From NCBI GenBank assembly GCA_041649675.1, contig JBAZMQ010000005.1, positions 9,635 through 73,634 of the forward strand: a DNA stretch of 64,000 nt. The letters are read 5' to 3'. The notes below the pieces were generated by a model. It was not told where the DNA came from and searched no databases. It worked only from the letters and a program-made list of their open reading frames with translations. The DNA comes from Patescibacteria group bacterium (GTDB lineage: Bacteria; Patescibacteriota; Patescibacteriia; Buchananbacterales; UBA6539). Shown piece by piece: positions 45,928-55,627 of this stretch (its first letter is position 1; each line of letters starts with the position of its first letter). The position numbers and the translations under genes were made by a program.

Positions 45928-46983
45928 TTATTTCTTAACCGGATTGGTCATTCCCATATAAACAATATTTGGATTTAAAGAATCAACGGCCAAAAAGGTA
46001 GCAATCGCGCCCGTTGGTAATCTCTTGGTAATCCAATTTTTACCACCATCAACTGTTTTATAAAAAGTGGTTGCCGTTGAATAATAAATTTCTAAATTAT
46101 TCTTTGGATTTATTGCCACTGAATAAATATCGGTTGATCCCGCTGGCGTAATTAATTTAATCGGTTGCCAACTTTGGCCGCCATCCGTACTTTTAATTAA
46201 ACCGTACTTAGAGACTGACAATAAAGAATCAGCTTGGCTTGAGTCAAAAATTAAATTCTTATACTCTAAAGCGGCAGAATAAGTTTTTAAGCCTTCATTA
46301 ATGTCGGCCCAAGTACTGCCCGCATCAATGGTTTTGAAAATACCCTTACTCTTGGTGGCAAGATAAATAATCCTTGAATCTTTGGGGTCAATTAAAATCT
46401 TAGTAATCCGATCGTTAACTCGGTTGATTACTTGCCAATTACTACCACCATCAATACTTTTTAGAACATCACCAGCAGCGTTACCAGCATAAATTACTAA
46501 ATTATTATAAAAATCAATTGCTAAAGAAGTAATATCAGCTTTGGCAGCCCGAGTATCAATATAAACTTCAATCCAGCTTCGGCTGCAATCAACTGTTTTC
46601 AAGACAGTACTGCGAAAAGTCGCATAGATCACACATTTATTTTTAGGGTCAACTGCTACCGATTCAATCCGGCCGTTACCAACCTGATTAGCTTTCATCC
46701 AGCTATCACCGGAGTCATAGCTGTAAAATAAACCCTGGCTATCTGAAGCCAAATAGATTGCCCGATTATCCTGCGGATCAAAAGTCAAATTTAAAACATT
46801 TAAACCAGCCAGACTGCCCACGCCACCAGAATAAAGAAATAAATTCTTTTGTGACCAGTTATTGCCTTTATCAAATGACTTAAAAACACCGGCTAAAGCA
46901 GGCGCTTGACTCGCACCTAATTTAATTGAACAGCCGGAAATTAAAAACACTGAGAGCAGAACAAAAATTACAATCTTTCGCAT
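45928..46983 (-). CDS. BNR/Asp-box repeat lipoprotein (Ycf48-like beta-propeller)
   Basis: Lipobox LISGC. Repeated S-x-D-x-G-x-x-W motifs (DGGSNW, DAGSTW, DGGQSW, DGGKNW). Confidence 0.6.
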   Translation of the reverse strand: MRKIVIFVLLSVFLISGCSIKLGASQAPALAGVFKSFDKGNNWSQKNLFLYSGGVGSLAGLNVLNLTFDPQDNRAIYLASDSQGLFYSYDSGDSWMKANQVGNGRIESVAVDPKNKCVIYATFRSTVLKTVDCSRSWIEVYIDTRAAKADITSLAIDFYNNLVIYAGNAAGDVLKSIDGGSNWQVINRVNDRITKILIDPKDSRIIYLATKSKGIFKTIDAGSTWADINEGLKTYSAALEYKNLIFDSSQADSLLSVSKYGLIKSTDGGQSWQPIKLITPAGSTDIYSVAINPKNNLEIYYSTATTFYKTVDGGKNWITKRLPTGAIATFLAVDSLNPNIVYMGMTNPVKK

Positions 46984-46994
46984 AATTTTAGTTA

Positions 46995-48023
46995 TTAAAA
47001 ATTTAAAACTAAATTCTCTAAAGTTAGCCTTGGATTTACATTAGCATCCAAATAACGCTTGGCTAAACCTATTCGATTCAAACCACCAATCAAATTGTTA
47101 CTCTGATAAGATTTAGCTAGTTGCTCCAACTCCGCCGAAATATTTAAATTGCTAATTGAATTTTCCAAGCCGTTTTTAATTAAAAGCAAATCACGAATTA
47201 CCTTGATCCAAATAAGTAAAATATTTTTAACTTGATCAATATCGTTGGACTCAACCAACTCATTAACTATTTGAAAACGCTGATTGCTACTGGCCTTCAT
47301 TAAGGTAATGAATTGCTGGACCTGCTCTTCAAAATCAGCATACTCTTGGGATTGAAAAAAGTAATCCAAAGCAATACCCGGGCGGCCAAACGAAAGGGCA
47401 GTCAAAGTTTTTGCTTTTTTCCGATCAACTTTCAAAGAGACTAAATAATCAAAAATATCTTTTGGGTCAACTGGTAAAAATTTAATCACCCGGCAGCGGG
47501 AAACAATCGTTTGGGGCAACAAAGAAATATTAGTAGCGAGTAAAATAATAACGGTTTTCTGGGTCGGCTCTTCTAAGGTTTTAAGCAACGAATTGGCCGC
47601 TTCCTGGCTCAAAGTTTGTGCTTCCTCAACGATAGCAACTTTATATGAATCTAAAAAAGAATGGAGGTTAAGTTTATTCTGCAACTCTCTAATTTGTTCA
47701 ATACTGATATTCTTTTTGAGTTTACCGGTTTTTTCATTTGTTTCTCGAGAAATCCAATAAACATCAGGGTGAATATTATTAGCGATCTGTTTGCAGCAAT
47801 CACACTCCCCACACGGTACCAAAAAAGATTCATTGTGAAGATTACGACAAACCAAAGAAGTCACAAAATCTTTAGCAATTGTTGACTTACCAACATGGGC
47901 TGGACCGACAAATAAATAAGCATGAGCCGTATGCAAATTTTTCAAATTATTTTGTAAATAACTGACAACATTACGATGACCGATTATTGACCATCTAAAA
48001 AAATTGTCTTGCTCTTTAGACAT
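46995..48023 (-). CDS. holB: DNA polymerase III delta-prime subunit
   Basis: AHAYLFVGPAHVGKST Walker A-like motif and a Cys cluster CGECDCC. Confidence 0.8.
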   Translation of the reverse strand: MSKEQDNFFRWSIIGHRNVVSYLQNNLKNLHTAHAYLFVGPAHVGKSTIAKDFVTSLVCRNLHNESFLVPCGECDCCKQIANNIHPDVYWISRETNEKTGKLKKNISIEQIRELQNKLNLHSFLDSYKVAIVEEAQTLSQEAANSLLKTLEEPTQKTVIILLATNISLLPQTIVSRCRVIKFLPVDPKDIFDYLVSLKVDRKKAKTLTALSFGRPGIALDYFFQSQEYADFEEQVQQFITLMKASSNQRFQIVNELVESNDIDQVKNILLIWIKVIRDLLLIKNGLENSISNLNISAELEQLAKSYQSNNLIGGLNRIGLAKRYLDANVNPRLTLENLVLNF

Positions 48024-48142
48024 AGATATATTTTAGCATAAAATAGGGTTTTGGCAAGGCTTGATTACAACACAAAATTCAAAAAATAAAAAGGGCAAAA
48101 GCTCAATTTACCCTTAAATTTTTACTACCTAAAATTTGTTTA

Positions 48143-49159
48143 TTATTGCCACAGTTTTTGAGCTTGTTGCCAGAGTTCATCATTACCTTGCTGTTTTTGC
48201 CAATACCAATACTCTACGCCCCAAAGATAGACCTGTGAGAGACCAGTTCTTTTAGCATAGGAAATATTATTGACAAAACGCTGCAAATTAAAAGATTTTT
48301 TCTGATCGGCCAAACTCAAACTAATCATTGGTTGATTGAAAGTCCACGGCTCCATTTGCAATTCAGTAATAATAACCTGCTTCAAATTAGGGTGGAAATA
48401 TTTGGTAATTTCTGCTTTGTAATGATAGAAGGCGGGTGGCAAGAAAAAATAATCCCAAAAGCCCAAATATTGATTCCAAACAATCCGATACATAGTACTA
48501 CCCAAAATATCAGCCTGACTGGCGGCGTGCTGCCAATCGCCCAATTCGCCGCTATCGGTAATAATAATTGGCCGGGCATCCAACGATTTAACCAAATCTA
48601 TCTCTTGCCTTAAAAGGCTTTGGTTAAGGCTAGGGCATTGGCCAAAAACCGAAAGCATTGGCTCATTTTCAACTTGCCAAGACTGAATTAAAGAATTATT
48701 TTTATACCGGTTGATTACGGTTCTGACAAAATCAAGCTGAGCTTGGGCGGTTGCCGATGAGCTTAAATTGCCAACCCAGGCCGGGTCATGACATTCAGGC
48801 CAACGCGGTGTCCTGCGCCCAACGACTAAAATTATTTTGGTGCCATTGGGCTCTGCCTGGCTGATTTGCCAATCCAAATCAAAAAAATCATAACTACCTC
48901 TTTGTTCTTCAATTTCATCCCAATAAGCAATTAAACGAATATTATTCACCTTAAGATCATTTAAAATAGCAAGATAAGTTTTTTGCCAATCCAATTTTAA
49001 TTCCAAAGCATACTTCTTACTGAAAGTTACTCCGTAAACTTGTTTTTTGCCGTTGCTAAAATCTCTGGTAAAAATAAAAAAAATCAAAATGCCAATCACT
49101 ATGATGACAATAAAAATTATCACTAATGATTTTTTATGCCTTAATAAAAAATTAGTCAT
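48143..49159 (-). CDS. Clan GH-A (TIM-barrel) glycoside-hydrolase-like protein, membrane-anchored
   Basis: N-terminal TM segment. WQVENEP contains the NEP catalytic signature. Confidence 0.55.
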   Translation of the reverse strand: MTNFLLRHKKSLVIIFIVIIVIGILIFFIFTRDFSNGKKQVYGVTFSKKYALELKLDWQKTYLAILNDLKVNNIRLIAYWDEIEEQRGSYDFFDLDWQISQAEPNGTKIILVVGRRTPRWPECHDPAWVGNLSSSATAQAQLDFVRTVINRYKNNSLIQSWQVENEPMLSVFGQCPSLNQSLLRQEIDLVKSLDARPIIITDSGELGDWQHAASQADILGSTMYRIVWNQYLGFWDYFFLPPAFYHYKAEITKYFHPNLKQVIITELQMEPWTFNQPMISLSLADQKKSFNLQRFVNNISYAKRTGLSQVYLWGVEYWYWQKQQGNDELWQQAQKLWQ

Positions 49160-49245
49160 AGCTAATCAATCCTTAAAAATATTATACCAGATTTAGCCAA
49201 CAAAAAATAGCCTTAAAAATAGGCATCAATTTTGTCGGCCAAAAT

Positions 49246-49350
49246 CTATTTTCTCCGGAGATCTTTGGTTGTTTTAGCTAAACGCTTGCCAATTCTAGTA
49301 TTCTTTTTGGCATGTTTTAATCTAGCTTTCAAAGCGCTGTTTTGTCCCAT
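49246..49350 (-). CDS. Candidate 34-aa Lys/Arg-rich micro-ORF (MGQNSALKARLKHAKKNTRIGKRLAKTTKDLRRK)
   Basis: Lies 22 nt downstream of the second mreB. No SD, which is normal for core genes here. Confidence 0.2.
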   Translation of the reverse strand: MGQNSALKARLKHAKKNTRIGKRLAKTTKDLRRK

Positions 49351-49372
49351 TGCTATAAAATAAATATTTAAG

Positions 49373-50380
49373 TTATTTAATCGCTAAAATACTACGTTTA
49401 TACGACTCCAAATTCTCCAAGGCAATACCAGTGCCTTTGGCAACACAATATAAGGCTTCGTCAGCAATGTAAGCCGGTACGCCAGTGACTTGAGTCACTA
49501 GCTGATCAATATTTCTTAACAAGCTGGAACCGCCTGACATAATTATACCCTTGTCAATTACATCGGCTGAAAGTTCCGGCGGAGTCTTGTGTAAAACATC
49601 TTTTACCGCCTGAATAATTCCTTCCAATTCGTTTTGAATGGCTTCGGTAACATCATCGGACGTAACCGTAATCGTTTTAGGTAAACCAGTCACTACGTCG
49701 CGACCACGGACTTCTTCGGACAAACGGTCTTCCATGTACATTGCCGAACCAATATTAATTTTAATTCTTTCGGCCGTTCTTTCACCAATCGCTAGATTAT
49801 ATTTCCGTCGAATGTATTCAGTAATAGCCGCGTCAAAACGATTACCACCAATCCTTACCGAAGTTGAAGCAACAATACCACCCAAAGAAATAACTGCCAT
49901 TTCTGAAGTGCCACCGCCGATATCAATAATCATATGTCCGGAAGGTGAACCAATTGGTATATCAGCACCAATTGCCGCGACAATCGGTTCTTTAATAATA
50001 TAAGCGGCTTTAGCCCCCGCTGAAATTGTAGCATCAATTACTGCCCGCCGTTCAGTTGAAGTGATGCCAGCCGGAACGGCAACCATAACTTCGGGCCGAA
50101 ACAAACGAACACCACCTAAAGCCTTATTAACAAAATAACGCAGCATTGCAGCTGTGGTTTTATAGTCGGCAATTACTCCATCTTTCATCGGCCGAACAGC
50201 AATAATCGTATCAGGGGTCCGGCCCAACATTTCTTTGGCTTCGGCCCCAACGGCTAAAATCTTTTTATCAATAACTGAAACAGCCACCACTGAAGGTTCG
50301 TTAATCACAATCCCCCGTTTTGGCAAATAAACCAAAGAATTGGTTGTACCCAAATCAATTCCAATTTTCTTAATTAACAT
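49373..50380 (-). CDS. Second MreB/Mbl paralog
   Basis: DLGTTNSLVY and IGGGTSEMAVISL actin-fold motifs. Sits next to the GT2 cluster. Confidence 0.85.
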   Translation of the reverse strand: MLIKKIGIDLGTTNSLVYLPKRGIVINEPSVVAVSVIDKKILAVGAEAKEMLGRTPDTIIAVRPMKDGVIADYKTTAAMLRYFVNKALGGVRLFRPEVMVAVPAGITSTERRAVIDATISAGAKAAYIIKEPIVAAIGADIPIGSPSGHMIIDIGGGTSEMAVISLGGIVASTSVRIGGNRFDAAITEYIRRKYNLAIGERTAERIKINIGSAMYMEDRLSEEVRGRDVVTGLPKTITVTSDDVTEAIQNELEGIIQAVKDVLHKTPPELSADVIDKGIIMSGGSSLLRNIDQLVTQVTGVPAYIADEALYCVAKGTGIALENLESYKRSILAIK

Positions 50381-50441
50381 ATAAAAAGTTATTTTTCGCT
50401 ACTTAAGTTTAATAAAAAAATGTAATTTTGTCCAGCTGGAG

Positions 50442-51311
50442 CTAATTTTTAATCGGCGGCTTTGCTCCTAGATACTTAGCAAAATATTTAACACCCGAAG
50501 CCAAATGAATCCGTCCACCTTTTTTGAAAACTCCAAACACTCCACCCTTCTCCGCTGATAATTGCTGATGATAGTGAACCATTTCAACATCGGCAAAATA
50601 AGTCACTTTAAACCCAGCCTGCCAGAATCGGCGGCATAAGTCCAAATCTTCAAAATACATAAAAAATCTTTCGTCAAATAAACCAACTTTTTCCAAAGCC
50701 GATTTACGAATTAACAAGCAAGCCGCAAATAGCCAATCAACATCTTTGTTCTGTTCGTGATCAAAATCTTTCATTAAATAATTATCTGTTACCTTTTTAG
50801 CAAAAGGTAAACGGCCAAAAGCCGTGCGCCGATAAAGCGGAATTAACGAACCAGGAAAGCGCCGGCAAGAATATTGAGTGCTACCGTCAGGATTAATTAA
50901 TCGCGGACCAATCATCCCTACCGCTGAATTATTTTCCATAAATAAAAACATTTTTTCTAAAGCGCTTGGGACGATTGCAACATCCGGGTTTAAAATCATT
51001 ATATATTTACCGTCAGCCTGGCTAATGCCTAAATTATTACCGGCGGCAAAGCCGTTATTTTCCCTGGCTTGAATAGTTTTAATTGGTGGTATTTCTAACG
51101 GTTTGCCTAATGGCAGTTTTGGCTGAATTCCTTCAACTTGAGCTTGACTGGCAAACATTGAATCAACCATGGCCAAGCTATCATCCAAAGAATTATTATC
51201 AACAACAATTAACTCATATTTAAGTTGCGGCTGGGCTGCCACAATACCTTTAACGCACTGCTTAAGCAAACCCTTTTGTTTGTAGTTTAGAATTACAATT
51301 GATAAGTCCAT
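50442..51311 (-). CDS. Glycosyltransferase family 2
   Basis: LSIVILNYKQKGLLKQCV...VVDNNSLDDS. Confidence 0.8.
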   Translation of the reverse strand: MDLSIVILNYKQKGLLKQCVKGIVAAQPQLKYELIVVDNNSLDDSLAMVDSMFASQAQVEGIQPKLPLGKPLEIPPIKTIQARENNGFAAGNNLGISQADGKYIMILNPDVAIVPSALEKMFLFMENNSAVGMIGPRLINPDGSTQYSCRRFPGSLIPLYRRTAFGRLPFAKKVTDNYLMKDFDHEQNKDVDWLFAACLLIRKSALEKVGLFDERFFMYFEDLDLCRRFWQAGFKVTYFADVEMVHYHQQLSAEKGGVFGVFKKGGRIHLASGVKYFAKYLGAKPPIKN

Positions 51312-51321
51312 AAACCGATTT

Positions 51322-52347
51322 TTACTTAAACCATTTTCTCATTTCTTTAGCACTGATTTTACGGTGAGCCATAATGACTTTTCTCTTCACTAAAGCACTT
51401 GGCAACAATTGAAAAAATTCTTTAATACTCCGATATTGAAATGGTTCTAAAACTAAAGCATAAAGAATAACTTTTAATTCCCGAAAAAGAAACCAGGGCA
51501 ACGCCACAATCATATTGGCCAGCTGATCGTTTTTGACTAGTAGTAAATGATAATTACGAAGAGAAAATGAACGCAGCATTTTAGAAACTTGCCGCCGATG
51601 CCTAAAATTTTTCCTGAAACTGTCACCTGCACCGGGAAATTGCCGATGATGATAACAAATTGCCAAAGGATAATACCAGCATTGCCAACCGTAAAGTCGT
51701 AAACGCCAAGCCAAATCAATGTCTTCTTTATAGGCAAAAAAATCTTGGTCAAAAAATTCATTTTTAATCATAATATCCTGCAAAGCTGACTTGCGATACA
51801 AAACGCAAGCGCCGGTGTTACCAAAAACCTCTTCGGTCCGATCATATTGACCTTCATCTTTGCTCCCTTCGCCGCGATCAATTATTCGACGGCTTTTAAA
51901 TATTTCTAAACCAGTGGAGTCAATAATATCCGATTTAATTATTTCTCTTAAACCTAACTCTTCATCGGTATTAAAAGCTTCGCTATAAATTTTTAATACT
52001 TTACCGCCAAAACTGCCACCGCCGGAATTTTTATCGGCAAAAGTTACTAAATTTTGCAAAAAATCCTGACTTAAGACAACATCGGGATTGGCTACTAAAA
52101 CATATTCACTTTTAGCTAAATGAATGCCCTGATTATTGGCCTTGCAAAACCCGAGGTTTTTAAAATTTTGCAAAACGGAAACAGTTGGATAATTTGACCG
52201 AATAAATTCTACCGTACCGTCATCAGAACCATTATCAATCACTAAAATCGAAAAGTCTCTAAAACTTTGTCGCATTAAAGATTCCAAGCAATCAAAAATA
52301 TAATTCATGGAATTCCAAGTGACGATTTGAATTGAAACTTTTGCCAT
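51322..52347 (-). CDS. Glycosyltransferase family 2
   Basis: VSIQIVTWNSMNYIFDCL...VIDNGSDDGT. Confidence 0.8.
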   Translation of the reverse strand: MAKVSIQIVTWNSMNYIFDCLESLMRQSFRDFSILVIDNGSDDGTVEFIRSNYPTVSVLQNFKNLGFCKANNQGIHLAKSEYVLVANPDVVLSQDFLQNLVTFADKNSGGGSFGGKVLKIYSEAFNTDEELGLREIIKSDIIDSTGLEIFKSRRIIDRGEGSKDEGQYDRTEEVFGNTGACVLYRKSALQDIMIKNEFFDQDFFAYKEDIDLAWRLRLYGWQCWYYPLAICYHHRQFPGAGDSFRKNFRHRRQVSKMLRSFSLRNYHLLLVKNDQLANMIVALPWFLFRELKVILYALVLEPFQYRSIKEFFQLLPSALVKRKVIMAHRKISAKEMRKWFK

Positions 52348-52349
52348 GG

Positions 52350-52415
52350 GTTAGCTTTTAGCTGTTAGCTTTTAGCTGTTAGTTCCAAATTACAAACTAC
52401 CAGCTAAAAGCTACA
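52350..52415 (+). repeat. Palindromic element (ttagcttttagctg repeated, with its complement)
   Basis: gttagcttttagctgttagcttttagctg...cagctaaaagctacaagcta. The central word caaattacaaac is shared with other family members. Confidence 0.6.
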
Positions 52416-52417
52416 AG

Positions 52418-53995
52418 CTATTTCTTCTCTGTGACCCAAAAACCAAGCCGGAAACGCCCACCCAGCATTAACCGAGTTTGGGCATCAGCAGCCGGTAATG
52501 AACCAAAAAGAATTAAAGTTACCGGTACCAATAGCCACTGTAACAACATTACAAAATAATTATGCCAATGATAATGTTTAGGTTTTTGCGGCAGCATTAG
52601 GGTATATAAAATCGCAATTACAATCATGCCGGCCATTGATAAGCGCATCAATGATGCCAAAATGTGCGGGGCATTCTGAAACAAAGCAGTTGTTCTATCG
52701 TTTTGAGCTGCCACCCAAAGCGGCAAACGACCAGCAATCAAAATAATAATCGGCGCGGTTGACCAGGAATAGACGCCTTCAGTTTGATTCCAAAGATAAT
52801 AGATTTTTTTTAAAAATGGTACTTTCCTGCCTTGGCCGGTTTTGAACCAAAATTGTTTAACCATCCAGGGAAAATGCTCAACGCCCCAAGCCCAACGCCT
52901 CATTTGTTTATATTGATTTTTTAAGCTGCGCCAAAAATTACCAATATCAACTGTATTCATATAAACCGGCAAATACAGCGGCACGGTTTCATAATCACCG
53001 TCATAACGAACCAAGCATTGTAAAAATATTCTAGAATCTTCAGTTACGATTGTATTATCCCAAAACCCAACGTCAACTAAAGCCCTAAAGCTCATACTGT
53101 GAGAAGAAAAAGTAAACAATCTTTCCGGTCGCGATAAATCCGTAAAGAGCCAAAAAGTCGTTGAACTGGCCACTACCCGGACAATCGGATTTGATTCCCA
53201 GACATTGTTATTGTATATCGCAATTGGTTGATAACTGGCGTGAGTCGGATTGGGATGAGTTAGGTATTTATAGGTCAAATAAGCGAAATATTGAGGGTGA
53301 ACACAGGTGTCTATGTCAAAATTGGAAACAATTACTTTTGCATAATCAAAGCCCAATTGATCAATCAATTTCTGCGCCTGGCGGGCGGCATAATGAGTGT
53401 TGGAACCTTTGCCTTGCAATTCACCAGGAACTTTAGCTGGATGGATTGTAATTAACAACTGAAAAAATTTATCGCTATATTTTTCTTTAATTTTTTCGGC
53501 AATCTGAATAAAATTATCTTTGTCCAATTCTTCCCCAGCCAAAACGACGATAAACTTTTTTAAATCATAATTTGATTGGCATAAAGCTAAAAATGGCTTC
53601 TCAACAATTTGATAAGGCTCGGTGTAGGTTGGTAAAAAAATTAAATGATGATAATCCTGATAATTTTTATCCAAACTTTTGACCTTGGAAAACCAATCTA
53701 CTTTTAAATCACGACGATAACGCCGCCAAGAAGCTAATAGATAAATTAGCATGTAAGAAATCCTAAACAACCAATATAAATCAAAAGCGATTATAAAATA
53801 AATCGCCCAGAGGGGTTTAATAAATGAAAAAACAATCGTGCCGATAAAGGTAAACCAGACTAAAAACCCCGGAATAATCTCTAGAATCCGACCCTTAATA
53901 TTTTCTTGCATGCCCTTATTTAACCACAAAAAAACAAAAATAGCAAGCCTTAATCTAAATAAAAAACCGCCTTGGCTGGCGGTGTTAAAAATCAA
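52418..53995 (-). CDS. Processive family-2 glycosyltransferase (cellulose/chitin-synthase-like) membrane protein
   Basis: TM segments flank a catalytic core carrying DID (DxD-like), TED (TEDSRI) and QxxRW (QMRRWAWG) motifs. Confidence 0.65.
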   Translation of the reverse strand: MIFNTASQGGFLFRLRLAIFVFLWLNKGMQENIKGRILEIIPGFLVWFTFIGTIVFSFIKPLWAIYFIIAFDLYWLFRISYMLIYLLASWRRYRRDLKVDWFSKVKSLDKNYQDYHHLIFLPTYTEPYQIVEKPFLALCQSNYDLKKFIVVLAGEELDKDNFIQIAEKIKEKYSDKFFQLLITIHPAKVPGELQGKGSNTHYAARQAQKLIDQLGFDYAKVIVSNFDIDTCVHPQYFAYLTYKYLTHPNPTHASYQPIAIYNNNVWESNPIVRVVASSTTFWLFTDLSRPERLFTFSSHSMSFRALVDVGFWDNTIVTEDSRIFLQCLVRYDGDYETVPLYLPVYMNTVDIGNFWRSLKNQYKQMRRWAWGVEHFPWMVKQFWFKTGQGRKVPFLKKIYYLWNQTEGVYSWSTAPIIILIAGRLPLWVAAQNDRTTALFQNAPHILASLMRLSMAGMIVIAILYTLMLPQKPKHYHWHNYFVMLLQWLLVPVTLILFGSLPAADAQTRLMLGGRFRLGFWVTEKK

Positions 53996-53998
53996 TTG

Positions 53999-55588
53999 TT
54001 AAATCAGAGGACTACCCGTCATATCATCTGGTTGCTTGATTTCTAAAATTTTTAAAATCGTTGGCGAAATATCAGCCAACATTCCTGATGGAGTAATGAT
54101 ACTTAAATCACCGGCAGCATTATCCAAACCAGAAGTCACTGACTGACCTTCCCAACGACTGCCGACAGCAATAAATGGTACAGGATTAGTACTATGTTCT
54201 TTATCAACTTCACCGGTTTGCAAATTAATTAGTTCTTCGGCGTTACCATGATCGGCAGTAATCAAACAAACTCCGCCTTGAGCTAAAACTAAATTTACCA
54301 AGTCGCCCAAACATTTATCAACTGTCTCAACTGCTTTTATAGTGGCCGGGATTACACCGGTGTGACCAACCATATCAGGATTAGCATAATTAACAACGAT
54401 AAAATCATGCTTAGCTTCTTTGATTGCTCCCAACAATTTGGTATTTAATTCAATCGCGCTCATTTCTGGCTTTTGGTCATACGAAGGCACTGACGGTGAC
54501 GGAACTAAAATTCTTCTTTCACCTTGAAACTCATCCTCCTTACCACCATTAAAGAAAAAAGTAACATGAGCATATTTCTCAGTTTCGGCTACGTGTAATT
54601 GAGTTAAATTATTTTCTTCAAGGACTTTGGCAATTGGCTGCACGATTTTTTCCGGACCAAAAGCAACATCAACTGGTAAATCTTTTTCATACTCGGTTAA
54701 AGTAACAAAAACTAATTTCTGATAATTTTTTTGACGATCAAACTTACTAAAACCAGGGACGGTAAAAGCCGCCGTCATTTGTCTGGCCCGATCAGCCCGA
54801 AAATTAAAGAAAATTACCGAGTCACCGTCATCAATCGTAGCCAATGGCTTATTGTTACCAGTAATTACTGTTGGTATGAATTCTTCATCAAAAACCTGTT
54901 TTTGATATGATTGCTGGATTGCTTGCAACGGATCTTCAGCTTTGATCTCGCTTTGACCCAAAGCAATAGTATCAAAGGCTTTTTCTTCTCGATCCCAATG
55001 GTTGTCACGGTCCATGGCATAAAACCGGCCAGACAAACTAGCAATTTTGCCAATACCAACCTCCTTAATTTTGGCCTGCAATTGCTTAATAAAATCAAGC
55101 GCACCATCTTTTTTAGTATCACGGCCGTCCAAAACCACATGAATATAAACCTCCTTTAAACCTTTTTGTTTACATAGATCTAACAAAGCATAGAGATGAT
55201 TTTGGTGAGAATGAACTCCACCATTGGAAACTAAGCCCAATAAATGAAGTTTTGATTTATTATTTTTGACCTGATCAAAAGCTTTTTTAAAGGCTTGATT
55301 ATCACCAAAACTTCCGTCTTCAATTGATTTATTAATTCTCGGCAAAGTTTGATAAACAATTTTTCCCGAACCTAAATTTAAATGGCCAACTTCGGAATTA
55401 CCCATTTCACCCCATGACAAACCAACCGCTTCGCCCGAAGCTTGCAAAGTCATTACCGGATAATTAGCCACCAGGTAATCAAAGACTGGCTTTTTGGCCA
55501 GAGTAATACCGTTACCTTTTGACGGCGGGGCAACTCCCCAACCGTCCATGATAACCAAGACTACTGGTTTTGGCCGAACATTTGCCAT
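53999..55588 (-). CDS. gpmI: 2,3-bisphosphoglycerate-independent phosphoglycerate mutase
   Basis: N-terminus VLVIMDGWG, catalytic Ser region, and C-terminus ITADHGNAE. Confidence 0.9.
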   Translation of the reverse strand: MANVRPKPVVLVIMDGWGVAPPSKGNGITLAKKPVFDYLVANYPVMTLQASGEAVGLSWGEMGNSEVGHLNLGSGKIVYQTLPRINKSIEDGSFGDNQAFKKAFDQVKNNKSKLHLLGLVSNGGVHSHQNHLYALLDLCKQKGLKEVYIHVVLDGRDTKKDGALDFIKQLQAKIKEVGIGKIASLSGRFYAMDRDNHWDREEKAFDTIALGQSEIKAEDPLQAIQQSYQKQVFDEEFIPTVITGNNKPLATIDDGDSVIFFNFRADRARQMTAAFTVPGFSKFDRQKNYQKLVFVTLTEYEKDLPVDVAFGPEKIVQPIAKVLEENNLTQLHVAETEKYAHVTFFFNGGKEDEFQGERRILVPSPSVPSYDQKPEMSAIELNTKLLGAIKEAKHDFIVVNYANPDMVGHTGVIPATIKAVETVDKCLGDLVNLVLAQGGVCLITADHGNAEELINLQTGEVDKEHSTNPVPFIAVGSRWEGQSVTSGLDNAAGDLSIITPSGMLADISPTILKILEIKQPDDMTGSPLI

Positions 55589-55627
55589 AGTAATAAAAAA
55601 CTAAACTAATAAATTAAAAATTATTCT

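Noticed and set aside
52350-52415. Possible CRISPR array from the repeated gttagcttttagctg units
   Set aside because: Only two short adjacent copies with an inverted partner. There are no spacers of uniform length and no cas genes.
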